Source: the human T2T-CHM13v2.0 reference genome, Homo sapiens
DNA length: 64,000 nucleotides
Assembly (NCBI RefSeq): GCF_009914755.1
Contig: NC_060936.1
Strand: one strand, 5' to 3'
Part shown: piece by piece, positions 1 to 12,229 of the stretch
How positions within the stretch are numbered: the first letter of the stretch is position 1
How the letters are laid out: each line of letters opens with the position of its first letter
Notes under the pieces: generated by a model
The model's input: only the letters and a program-made list of their open reading frames with translations
Told to the model about the DNA's origin: nothing
Database searches by the model: none
Program-made: the position numbers and the translations under genes

Positions 1-200
1 TAAAGAGAATGCTTACGCAGGACAACTCCCATTTATAAAACAATTGGCTCTTGTGAGACTTACTACCAGGAGAACGGTATGGGAAAGACCCACCCCCATG
101 ATTCAGTTACCTCCCACTGGGTCCCTTCCACGACACCTGGGAATTATGGGAGCTAAAATTCAAGATGAGATTTGGTTGGGGACACAGCCAAACCATATCA
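1..200 (-). mobile_element. THE1-type MaLR LTR, 5' part (cut by window edge)
   Basis: Ends in ...gacacagccaaaccatatca, the reverse complement of the THE1 LTR start TGATATGGTTTGGCTGTGTC; also contains aaaattcaagatgagatttgg and cccatgattcagttacctccc. Confidence 0.85.
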
Positions 201-599
201 ACTTCTAATATGGTACTCTAACAAAGTCTGTCATAGTATTTGTTATTAAATGCAATGACAACTTGAGGGAACCTTGTGTGAAAAACATGGTATCAAGAAA
301 CACAAAAGTGACCTACTCCAGACAAGATGAACTCACCTAATGGGGGCTAACTAATGCAAAGTACAACATGATTGATTATCACTGAGGAAGAATATAAGAG
401 CTAGGGTGTTTACTTGAGAATAGAAATCACATCTGGCAGAAGGGACAAAGACATACTTCATGGAGAAATTCACATTGGAGATTATTTGTATGGAAACCTG
501 TGGAGACATTGCAGAAAGCATTTCATACAGAATAATGTGATGCAAACAAATTACACAGTAAACTAAACTACCATATGGCTGAGAAGCAGGTGGTGACAG

Positions 600-790
600 T
601 GGCCAACACTTATGAAGTGCTATGTGACAGGCACCAGTCTAAATTTTGAACATGAATTTATTTAAGCCTCATAGAGATGCCCTAAGGCAAATGCTATTAT
701 GATCCCCATTTTTACTGACAAGGAAAATAAGACATAGGGAATTGAAACAGTTTACAAACAGGAAATGTGGCTCCAGAACATGCCCTCTTA
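600..790 (-). mobile_element. MIR SINE fragment
   Basis: Degenerate MIR core (attatgatccccatttttactgacaaggaaaataagacataggga); approximate bounds. Confidence 0.55.
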
Positions 791-1333
791 ACCAGGGCGC
801 TATACTGATTCCTGCTAAACTTGCATCATCTGATGGCCTGTGCATCCAAAGAACTGAGGTTATTTTTAGGAAGAAAGAACAGTGCTCTGCTGTATACAGT
901 GAGGAGCAAGGAAAGCACGTCCCACACACAGACCCACAGATAAATGGGTGTGGAGAGAAAAATAGTTATTTAGAGATGATAGCCAGGTTTCAGTTAAAAC
1001 TAGAAGAATGGCTCTGTGAGACAGGCCCTCCACTCTCCTGTAGATCCTGTTGTAAGTGATGCAGAAGCCAGAGAGAAGGTTGCTCTCCATCGGAAACATG
1101 AGGAGTTTCGGAGACCTCCCTAAAATATTTGGCCTGAAAGGGTTTGAAGCCAGGAGGAGAGATGCAGTCTTAGGAGAAACGTTTCATGAGCTGTAGCAGG
1201 TACCCTATCAGTCTTTCTCAGTAAGTACTGTTCTATGTAATTTTTATATTTTCCTTGCAACGCTATCACTCTCTAAAGGTCTAGTGAAGAAATCAAATTT
1301 AGATGAAGAAACCTAGCTTGACCTAGAATCTTC

Positions 1334-1335
<2 letters not shown>

Positions 1336-1366
<31 letters not shown>

Positions 1367-1376
1367 GTGTGTGTGT
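1336..1376. repeat. (TG)n microsatellite with one interruption
   Basis: Read directly from the sequence. Confidence 0.95.
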
Positions 1377-2328
1377 AATGTATACATTGGGTCTTTGGGC
1401 CAAATACACTGTAAGGTTTCAGAGGTATAAACAGGCCCTGGGCTTTGGAGAACCATGGGAGGGGATGATCTTGATCTAAGTCAGTAGTTTTTACTTAGCC
1501 ACATCTAGAAATCTATGTCTTGGTCATAAATTTTGTTCTTTGAAATGCAGGGAAATGTATCATAAAATGCAGGAAATGCAAGGAAAAGTAACACATTAAA
1601 GCTAATTGGTTATTAATATTTTAAGAGCATATGAGAATGTCATATTCTATTCCCTCCAGCTCTCCAACCATATCCCCGACACATACCCACACACTGCCTG
1701 CCCGCACGTAAGCACAAGTATTTCTGGGGATCATGAGCATGAGAACTTTAGGGGTATTGCTAGGAAAAGAAGGAAGAGAGTAAGTAGGAAGACTGAAGAC
1801 AGAGAAAGGAACCACCAGAAAGAGTAGAAAAAAAGAGAGGAATCCTTTCTTCACATACCAGTGACTCTAAGAATACCTTTCTCCATTAAAATAATATCTC
1901 ATCCAGGAGGCACGTTCAAATGAAATACACGTGGAATACTGATATGAAAAGACAGAAGAATATAATAGGATCTGAGTTGAAAGACCGTGCTTATCTCTTC
2001 ACTTGTACTATAATAATTTACAGCGATGTTCTTTAGTTGGGGTAACTGTGATGGGCAACGCTGAAACCCTTTATGCCAATTTTGTTTTCAAAATGCATTG
2101 TCTTAAATTTTCCCTCAAGGTGGCACTCTTGGACAGCTTTTCCAGTTATTAGTCTGACAGGAACTTGGTACCATTTTACTTACCTTCATAATGTCACAGA
2201 TGCTAGTGATTTTTTCATTTTTTTAAATGCATTCTTTGAACATTTTTAGCTTTAAGCAAATATATTTGCTTATTTTTGTCATTGAGCATTTTGAAAACAT
2301 GTGGTTAGAAGCTTGAAGCAGATAATCA

Positions 2329-3008
<680 letters not shown>

Positions 3009-4069
3009 TCAAACCTGGAATTTATAAATAGTTTTAATAAATGTGGAATTTGTTTTATATATATATAGTAATATATAGAGAGTAATAAAAATATAGTAAT
3101 GTATATATAGTAATAAAAGGCTTCCAAAAGCTTCTCTATGGGAAATTCTTGTTTCCCTTAATCAGGCCATTAGAAAAGCAGCCTGCCATTCTCTGATAGC
3201 TGTGCTATAGAGCAGGTTACTTGATAAGGAATGAAAGCAGTGATTCTATTTGTTATGTAATGTGAGTGACATGGAAGGTAAATTTTTTAAAATAGTCATG
3301 GATTTTAGCTTTCTGAAAGGAATGCAATTTGGAAGTTTCTCCAAATCTCCAAATGGTTTTGAGTTACATATAATGCAACCTGACACCTAGCTTGATGTTT
3401 GAATTCTGTGTAGCTAGAATGTTGATAGACTGGATCTTTTCTGTTTTGTAATGTTTGGTATTATACTGGACCTTTCCTTGTGTTAATTTTTTCTCTTTAT
3501 TAACATATGAAAAATTCTGTGAACTATTGATCATCCAATGAGATTTTCTCCGTTTCAAAAGACAAATAATGCAATTTGGAAGACTGTAAATTTGTTTGCA
3601 TGTAATCTGAATCTCTAGATATACTCTAATTTTTTTTCAGTAAATTCTGAGTTAAATGTTTATCATTACAATGTCAGAGGATTAACTTAATTTTTCTATC
3701 TTCCAAATCCAGTTTTCCTTCATCAAGAACAAATTTTCATCGAATTGAAATAATGGTGTAGTTTTTGGAAGAAAACTAGCTTATTATGAGAAATAATTAG
3801 CAGGCATCTAAGAAAAAAATTTTAATTGAATTTGGCTTCATATTTTTTAAGGGCTTTGTAATTTGGGCTTAATATTTGATAAGGGTAAATTAACCAAGAT
3901 CAAAACCTTTAAAATATTCGAATTGATAACTATTTTGTAATTATTGAAATAACTTTTCTCTAATAAGTAAAGGAGAAATACATTGAACAAAATAACCAGC
4001 CAACTTTCTGCTACACACTAAATTTTGATAGACTGTCCTTGTCTAAAATAGTTATTCAGCTATAAATAC

Positions 4070-4170
4070 AGAACACTTGAGCTAGAGTCAGAATACCTGG
4101 ATTCAAGTCCTGGTTCTGCCATTAGCATGCTGTGTGAACCTAGGAAGGTGAACTTAGGAAGGTGAACCTA
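4070..4170 (+). mobile_element. MIR fragment ending in a 14-bp tandem repeat (gtgaacYtaggaag x2.6, 4134-4170)
   Basis: MIR 5' motif gagtcagaatacctggattcaagtcctggttctgcca; tandem read directly. Confidence 0.55.
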
Positions 4171-5369
4171 TTAGATCAAATGAGAAAGGAAAATACATAC
4201 AAAAAGTATTAAATGGCTGTTAATTGCACACAGTGTAAGGTTTATGCATAATTTATTTAATATGACTGAGGCAATACAACAAATAGTTTTATTAACTTTT
4301 ATCATAATTTTTGTATGATGTTAAATAGTGTTAGATAATTGAATCGTTCATTGTTGCTATTTTCAGGAATGTTTTAAAATGGCTTTTTACATCATTTAAA
4401 ATGTCAGTTCCTTCTTTAACTTAAAAAGACACAGATTTTGGTCACTTTTTTGTATACTTGCTAATTATTACAGTTAATGACCTTGTCTTCCCAAAACAGA
4501 GATGTTCTAAAATGTTCTAAATGTTCCATTTGATGTTCTAAAATAAATGTTACATTTGGTACATTATTTAGAATTACATTAGTTGGGCATTTTACCGATG
4601 CAAGGAAGAAATACGGAAAGTCATTGAGAGTAGAGAAACATGAGTTAGGAGAGGATATTTTGCTTCCATCTACATAGTCTCTCCCTGGTGGGCCCTAGAA
4701 CTTTTAGCATTGGAATGTATAGCAAAGCCTCATCAAGAAGTGAGACTTGAGATAAAACTTGAGTTCAAAATATCTACCCTCTTTTTCATCTTCTGTCTCC
4801 TTCCCCACACTCAAACCCACAGAGATTCTATTTGGTCTACTCTGGTTCCCACTCACAACACACACAATAGGCTTCCATCTGAGCCATAGTAGGACTCACT
4901 CAATATAACCCATGAATATTTTCCTTTGACTCAGATGCCAATTGATGGTCCTTAGTTATGGCCAGCATAGCAGAATAGGTTACATTAAAAATGTAATTCT
5001 CATGTTGCTTCAGCTTTATTTAGAAACAATTCTAGCTGCTCTCATGATAAGGAGGTATGAACAAGAACAATATCCATTGATACAGCCAATATAGCAATAT
5101 GCCATTTTTATAACAACCAGAAACATTTTAATGTAATAAATACAAGTATATATGTGTGGTTTTATTTTCCCTATTTTTTCTCATGGCTCCCATAAAAATA
5201 TAATAACTGGACCAATCAATGGTTATTTGCCAAGTACCCGAAGCTCTTCATTTGCAGTTTGCTGTAGCAGTATGCATAATTTAATATGCAATGAAAAGAT
5301 AAGATATAAAAGGATATATAATGTCAGGAAGCTTTTCATGACATTGCTCTCCTCCTCATAACTGAATAT

Positions 5370-5550
5370 GTTTTTCTGTACTTACAGCCATCATCACACC
5401 ATTCAAGTTGCTAACTTACTTATCTGTATTTCTTACTAGACTATAAGCTTCATGAATCCAAAGACTGTGTCTGTCACATTCACAAATAGACAGCATATAA
5501 ACATAGCAAATGTTCAAGAAAGAGCTTTTGACTGACTTAATGAATATGAA
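5370..5550 (+). mobile_element. L2 3' fragment
   Basis: ctactagactataagcttcatga-like segment through gactgacttaatgaat resembles the L2 3' end. Confidence 0.45.
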
Positions 5551-5818
5551 TAACTAGATGCCCAAGGAGACCAAACTAGAATAATTTTATATTATTTAAA
5601 TACAAAACTCTGGTTAAATTTAAGTCTACTAAATTTTAGTCTAGCAACACTGTATGGAGTACTTATTTTCTATTCTTTTATCTGAGATGCAACTACCTTA
5701 ATGTTCAAAGGCCAATATATTTTTCCACTAGAATGCCTTCCTAAAAGAAAAATAGCAGGGAGGCTATGGATTAGAAGAGAGTCAAGATTTAGATTAACCA
5801 ATCAATGTGTAGACTTTC

Positions 5819-5887
5819 CTTTTTTTTTTGAGACGGAGTCTCGCTCTGTCTCCCAGGCTGGAGTGCTGTGGCGCAATCTCGGCTCAC
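5819..5887 (-). mobile_element. Severely 5'-truncated Alu (about 58 nt plus tail) with 16-bp TSD
   Basis: T-run, then gagacggagtctcgctctgtc...ctcggctcac; direct repeat caatgtgtagactttc at 5803-5818 and 5888-5903. Confidence 0.92.
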
Positions 5888-5939
5888 CAATGTGTAGACT
5901 TTCTATGGTCACTAACATGACCAAACCATATCAATTTAT

Positions 5940-6200
5940 TCAATTTTTGCAATATTTGTATTATTAATGCTTTGTATTATTAATGCTTTTTTGGAATTAT
6001 TTGTATTATTAATATACTTATTAATATTTGTATTAATGATTTTAATATGTAATATATTATATATTCCTTTTATAGAAATATGTCAGAATATTTATTTAGA
6101 AATTTATATATATTTATTATTTAGAAACATTTAACATTTAAAAATAAGTAATGTCCTAAATAAACAATGTAATGTTCTAAATAAACATTTCTTAGAAATA
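5940..6200. repeat. AT-rich low-complexity tract (tttgtattattaat-like units)
   Basis: Read directly from the sequence. Confidence 0.7.
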
Positions 6201-7259
6201 TATTTGTATGCGTATGCCCATATGTGCACGTGTGTGTGTGTATGCCAGCTGTAAAAAGAAAATTCTCTACTTTGTATTTTTGATAATTAGAATTATAGTG
6301 GTGGTGATTTGCTTTGATATAAAACATTTGACAAACATCACCAGTGAATGTCTGTCTGATGCTATTTAAAATTAAAATATTATCACATATTAATATGTAT
6401 AGAAAAATAAAGACATGAAAAGAAATCAAGGCTAAAGATAAAAAGCCATTTCTCTTTGCAACATCAGCAGTTGTAGTTGCAGCTCATTTCTCTTTTGCCA
6501 TTTACCCTGTTCGAAACAATATCCTTTGTCTTGCAGTTATATCGATAAATTCTTCAGGCAGTCAGTTCCAAAGCTGCTCTCTGAAGATGTTGGAGCTCTG
6601 AGTCACTGAGGTTCAGTTTGAATTTAATGTTTGATGTCATATTGATGCTTTTTAAATTGTGGATCATCATACCTAAATGTTTACCTAGATCTTTCCAAAT
6701 CTAGGCATATCAAATAATATTAAAAAGCTAGCATTTATTTTGATCTCATTTGTTTTCATAATTATATTGCTTGGTGTGATAGTGATTTTTTGCTGTTTTT
6801 TTTTTTTGGCTGATATCAAGGAAGGGATGCTTTTTTATCCACATAAATAAGCAAGACCATTATTGGATGCCATCTACCCACATTACTGTCTGACCCTGAA
6901 GACAAATACAGTCAACTCACTTATGTGGGTGGACAGTGTTCATTTATGTTATCCACCTTGCTAATTAAAAATAGGGAAATCTTATACATAATGAAATAGT
7001 TCTTGTGCTTCTCAAAAACATGATTTAATTTGCACTGATTTACTCATACATGATTTGGTATAGCAGTTTATTATCCTTACTAAGCAATTCTATAGAATTT
7101 TACATTCAAAATCATTATCTTGTTTTTGCTCTTATAGAACACAACATAAAGTGAATATCAACAAATTTATAATTACAAACTGAATAGCAATAATCATTAT
7201 AGTTTAAACAACTATTTACAACTAGTACAATATTTATACAAATATTGTATTATATAAAT

Positions 7260-7675
7260 AAAACAACAAATATTCAGCTCATAGCTCTGTTGGTCAGAAA
7301 TTTGGACTGGGCTAAACTGCGTGATTTTCCGCTGGTCTCAGTTACACCTACAAGTTCAGCTAAACCATTTTGCATGTCAAAGCAAAGGAGTGTGACCACC
7401 TATTGACTGAGGGTGTTGGGAAGCCTGGACTATATGTGTCCAACTTGCTAGCCTGGAAATTTTAACATGGTAGCCTTGTCAGCAGTCCCAAGAGGATCAA
7501 GAAAGGGCAAACCACAATATACAAGTAGTTTTCAAGTTGCTGCTTGTTTTATGTTTGCCACTGTTTCACTGGACAAAGTAAATCACATAGCCAAGTCCAG
7601 TCACCATGCAAGGGTACCACCAATGGGCTTGCATGAAGAGGGAAGAATTTGTAGTTGCTTTTTAAGTCAGCCACA
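7260..7675 (-). mobile_element. Old MLT1-type LTR (degenerate)
   Basis: ctcatagctctgttggtcagaaatttggactgggct and ggacaaagtaaatcacatagccaagtccag resemble antisense MLT1. Confidence 0.45.
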
Positions 7676-8899
7676 GATGGATTTTGGGGAAACTGATTCA
7701 TGGATTCCTACTTTGCTGTCTTTTTAAAAATATTCATTTATTATAATTAGAATTGATATTAGACAGCAGCTGGTAGCTTAGACAGCAGGCATTTCTGCTC
7801 TCTTATGCTGCCATGTTGTGAGAACTGGACATTTAGCTCACCTTCATGATGTTATGTACTTTAATATGTGAATTTACTCATTCTCAACTTTTCCTTATTA
7901 GTTCATGTACTATTTTTTTGGTTCATCAGTTGAGAACTCTGATACTTTTAGGCATTGGCCTCAGATGTGCTATGTATCATTAAATTATGTGATTCAAAGT
8001 CCTGCAAGAATAAAAGAATAATCTCAGCCATAAGTCTTGAACTTTGTTATAAAAGAGTAGATTGCAACTGTCACCAGAATCTTAAATTTTCCTCTTAGGG
8101 CATTTTAAATGATTAACATACCAAAGTTCTTAGTAAATAGTTGGTTTTATGTATAAGTAAGAATCCAAAATAGTCCCTGTGTGGGTCTACCTTTATTTAA
8201 ATGATTTTTCTGTGTTCTGAATATTGTGGAGTCTTCTATTTGGAATTATTGTTAGAATTCTGAAGTCCCACTTTGGGGGAAAAAATTATTCATTCCAGAG
8301 CCATAGACAACCTGTTTCTCTTTCTGTGATTTCTTCCCTTCCTACTTCACTTTCATGAGTTCATCCTATGTCATCTTTCTGTCCCTCCCAATGTCAAAGG
8401 CCCTGAGGAAAGGGCCTGGTGAAATGGACTCTGGAGTTAGACTGAGGCCCAACAGCCTAACAAGCCTTAAGTAAATGTGTGATCTTTCTGCCTGTTTCAT
8501 CCAGGTATCACTAACTTAGTCCATGTTCCAGCGATGACCTGTTACTTCTACATAACAGAAAAATAACCCCAACTTAAGTACAAACAAAATAAAATGAAAA
8601 GGAATTTATTGGGGAATCAGAGAAACAGCTATAAAGTTTTAAGCCCTTCCTAGAGCCTCAGGGCTAGAACTGGCCCTCAGAATATTTTTCCTTGTCTTTA
8701 TTTCTCTTTGACTGTTGGCTTTTCCTCTCCTACTACAGGCAGATTCTTCCATTGAGTCAGGAATAATGACCAACAGGATCCCTATGCTCATATCACCTTA
8801 GCAGTCATTAAGGAAAGAAGGATTAGGACTGAGTTTCTTTCTTTCATTACCTTTGATTACTCTGGTTCCAGAGCCAAAAAAGCCTTTGTTATCTTTAAA

Positions 8900-9150
8900 T
8901 ACAAGTGAAATACTACTGAATTTTACTACATGGCAGATACTGTTTTATGAGGTTTCCATGATTAAGTAATTTAATCCTCACAGGAACTATTACAGATAAT
9001 CATATAAAGTAGGTATAATTCCATATTATACCCATTTTACAGATGAAGATGTTGAAGAACTAAATAATGAAATAACTTTTCCATCACACAGCTAGTAAAT
9101 GGCAGAGCCAGGATTCAGTATAAGGAAATCTACGCCAGGGAAAATGCACT
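8900..9150 (-). mobile_element. MIR SINE
   Basis: atttaatcctcaca...cccattttacagatgaaga...cacacagctagtaaatggcagagccaggattca. Confidence 0.75.
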
Positions 9151-10454
9151 TGTGAACTTGCCATGGTTTGGAGGTTTCCTAAGTTTTTACATAGGCCCCT
9201 CCCAGGAAATGGCAATTCATGTTCTAAAACAGTTTTTTAAAACTAAAACCTAATCCTCTTTGAAAAGATAGTAAATTTGAAATACATTTATAGGTACATT
9301 TTTGATAGTGTGCAATTCAGGACTCAGAGTTGGAAAACAATTAACCTCAGGTTTATTTGGGTAGCTGGAAAAATTAAAGGACTAAATGTAATTTTGGCTG
9401 GAGAGTAAATGATCATGTAAAGCAAAGACCTGTCCAAAAAATTTCATATTGGATTCATTCCACCTTCATTATGATTAGCCATGTTTGAGGTTTGCATTAT
9501 TTCTTGTTCTTTATGTGGACATTAGTTATCTACTTTATAAAGAATATTTTACTGTAATTTTTAAAAGAAATACCACAAATACTTTGTACTATTGGATGTA
9601 AATAAAACACTTATATGCAGTGAAATGACTTATAGTAATTTATAAATTAAAGTTACTTACTGTAGGACAAATTGAATTGTGGAGCAACAGGATTCTGTAT
9701 CTTTTGAAATCTGGTGTTCTGGAATAAGCTACATTTTCATAAACGACAGTTTATTTTCCCGTCAACTCCCAGTTATTTTTTACTCTTTGTCAACTGATGT
9801 TCAGCTTCTTAATTTTATTTGAGCTGCACAGAATATACAAGTTTCTTGTTCCGAAAGCCCTTGTTATCTGTGAAGAGGCTGGAAAGAGGCTGTGCAGGTT
9901 AACGACTATCTCTTTCACCTCTGGGGCTGTTTCTTCAAGTCCAAGATCAGTTCCTTTCTTTTCTGACTACTGCCCTTCGCAGAAAGTGAAATAAAAGTCT
10001 TTTTGAAACTAGTCATCACTCATAAGACATGGTAAACAAAGACAAAGAAGAAAACTAACCATTCTGAAGTGAATTTTTGGCTGAAAACATTACTTATCTT
10101 AAACCTCCAGAGACTTTGTTATCCAATTTTATATAGAGTTGGTGGTTGGAAGTGCCATATGGGTTCACATTCAGATGAGAACATATTTTGCAAGCAAAAA
10201 TAGCCACATGTATAGGTTTGTGAAAATCAAAGTAAATATACTAAAGGACATGTTTTCAGGACTCAATCTAGAAGTTCTTGCAGTACAAAATTTTTTCCTG
10301 TTTTTCCATATCAATAAGTATCAATAATCAATGATCAATGTCAATAAATATTGATCACTTGTGATATGTTCTGAACTATTTTAAATATTGGCCATGCCCC
10401 AGGAAAATAGGGTAAATTGACATGTATTGAATAACAACTGTGAGCTAGAAATTG

Positions 10455-11063
10455 TTATTCATTCATACAGCACATTTACTTTTCAAGGCTGGGGATGAAG
10501 CAGTGAGCTAGGTAGACAAGGTTCCTGGTTTCAAAGAGGTTACATTCTAGTAAAAGAGACAGATCATAATCAACGAAACAGCATTCAGTCATGTGTCACT
10601 TAACAACGGGGATACATTTTGAAAAATACATTGTTAGGTGATTTCGTCTGTTTGTGAACATTATACTGTACTTACACAAACCTAGAGGGTGTATCCTACT
10701 ACACGCCTATGCTATATGGTATAGCCTATGGCTCCTAGGCTATAAACCTTTACAGCATGTTACTGTATCAAATATTGTTGGCAACTGTAACACAATGGTA
10801 AATATTTATGTTTTTAAACATAGAAAATGTACAGTAAAAATACTGTATTATAATCTTATGGGACCACCATCATACATGAAGCCCATTGATGACCCCGACA
10901 TCCTTATGTGGCACCTGACTGTAATTTCAGATACAAGTAAGTGCTATGAAGAAAATGTTAAAAGGGTGATATAATAGAGATAAGTCAAGAGGGGGACCCT
11001 GAGAGATAGGTGAAGGTATCAATTAGAAGGAAATATTTGTGTCAAAACCTGAAGGAAACAGCT
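10455..11063 (-). mobile_element. L2 fragment interrupted by Tigger3a and by the L1PB; resumes at about 17167-17235
   Basis: attcattcatac...ggctggggatgaagcagtgag...gacaaggttcctgg...tacattctag and taagtgctatgaagaaaat are antisense L2 motifs. Confidence 0.6.
10586..10921 (-). mobile_element. Tigger3a (MER7A) non-autonomous DNA transposon, full length
   Basis: Terminal inverted repeats cagtcatgtgtcactt... and ...atgtggcacctgactg followed by TA; internal ggctcctaggctataaacc and ttataatcttatgggaccacc. Confidence 0.85.
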
Positions 11064-11609
11064 GCTTGACCAAAGTTCATCATGGCGGACAGGAGGCAGG
11101 ACTAGATTGCAGCTCTGACTCAGATAGATGGAGCAGCATGCAGAGGCTCATATCATGGAATTTTAGCTCCGGAATGACTGCAAGAACAAATGACTGCAGG
11201 AATCCCAAGAGGACCCACAGACCCTCTAAAGGAAGTGGACTGTTCCTGTAGAACCTGGGAGACACCCCAAATACTGTCAGTGCCCAAACTGCAGAAGTCG
11301 GAAAGGGAGATCCTCTACTCCCAAACATACACCCCCACAGGGAAACTCAAGGTCTAGTTTGCAGAAGTTTCTGACCTTACCTGAAGCTGAGTCAATTTAG
11401 AGAGCCGAGCACAATACAGGGGTAGAGGAAGCAGCAGGAAAGGCCCTGGGAGCTCACTGGGTCCCCAAGCAGGCCATTCCTACCTGGAACCACAGGGATC
11501 CTTTGGGAGGGTGGCCAGAGGTGCAAGGAAAATGCCACAGAGAGGTCTCCAGCTGAACTTTGTAACAATTTGAACCAGGTGAGAAGCCTCCTGGCCAGAA
11601 TTCAGGGGA

Positions 11610-12229
11610 TGTTGGTGCAAGGGCTCAGGCAGGGCTTGCTTGTCTGACGTAATGTAAAAGAGTCTTGGAACATGTCCTGGGTCCAGGGTCTAAAACCTCT
11701 CATGGCCTATGGAACACCAAGCTCTGTGCCAAAGGGTGGAAGGCTGCCCTGCCACACCATAATCTAAGCCCAGGGCATAAAACCCCTCGTGGCTTGGAGA
11801 TAATCCAGGGCTCAGGGCATTAACCCCTTGTGGCCTTGGGAATGTGTCCAGACTCGCTGGCTCCTTGCTCCTTGCTCTCCCAGGATCGATTGTATCTTGA
11901 GTTAAAAGAACCTGCTCTCCATTATCTCAAGTAGCAGAGCATATGCTAAACCATCACAGCTACACTTGATGTACCACTACCTTTCTACCCCCACATCCTC
12001 ACGTCCTCACCTGTCTACCCCTATGTCTGCACGCCCTCACCACCTGCTTCTTTGTTTGATTACCAATAAATAGTGTGGGCTCCCAGAGCTCAGGGGCTTT
12101 GCAGCCTCCATACTAGCATTGGCCCCCTGGACCCACCCTATGTACTCGTAACTTGTCTTGTCTCATTCCGTTGACTCTGTTGGACCTCGTAGCCCCCATG
12201 GCCTGGTGTTGGGTCTGATCACCGCAATA
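11610..12229 (+). mobile_element. Solo ERV LTR, LTR22-like (HERV-K HML-5)
   Basis: TGTTGG start, end gggtctgatcaccgcaata, AATAAA at 12065-12070, 5-bp TSD gggga (11605-11609 and 12230-12234); family assigned from recalled 3' consensus. Confidence 0.8.

Noticed and set aside
4495-6200. Recurring atgttctaaa(a)taaa-like motifs at about 4500-4580 and 6110-6200
   Set aside because: They lie in very AT-rich, slippage-prone sequence and cannot be distinguished from low-complexity background.
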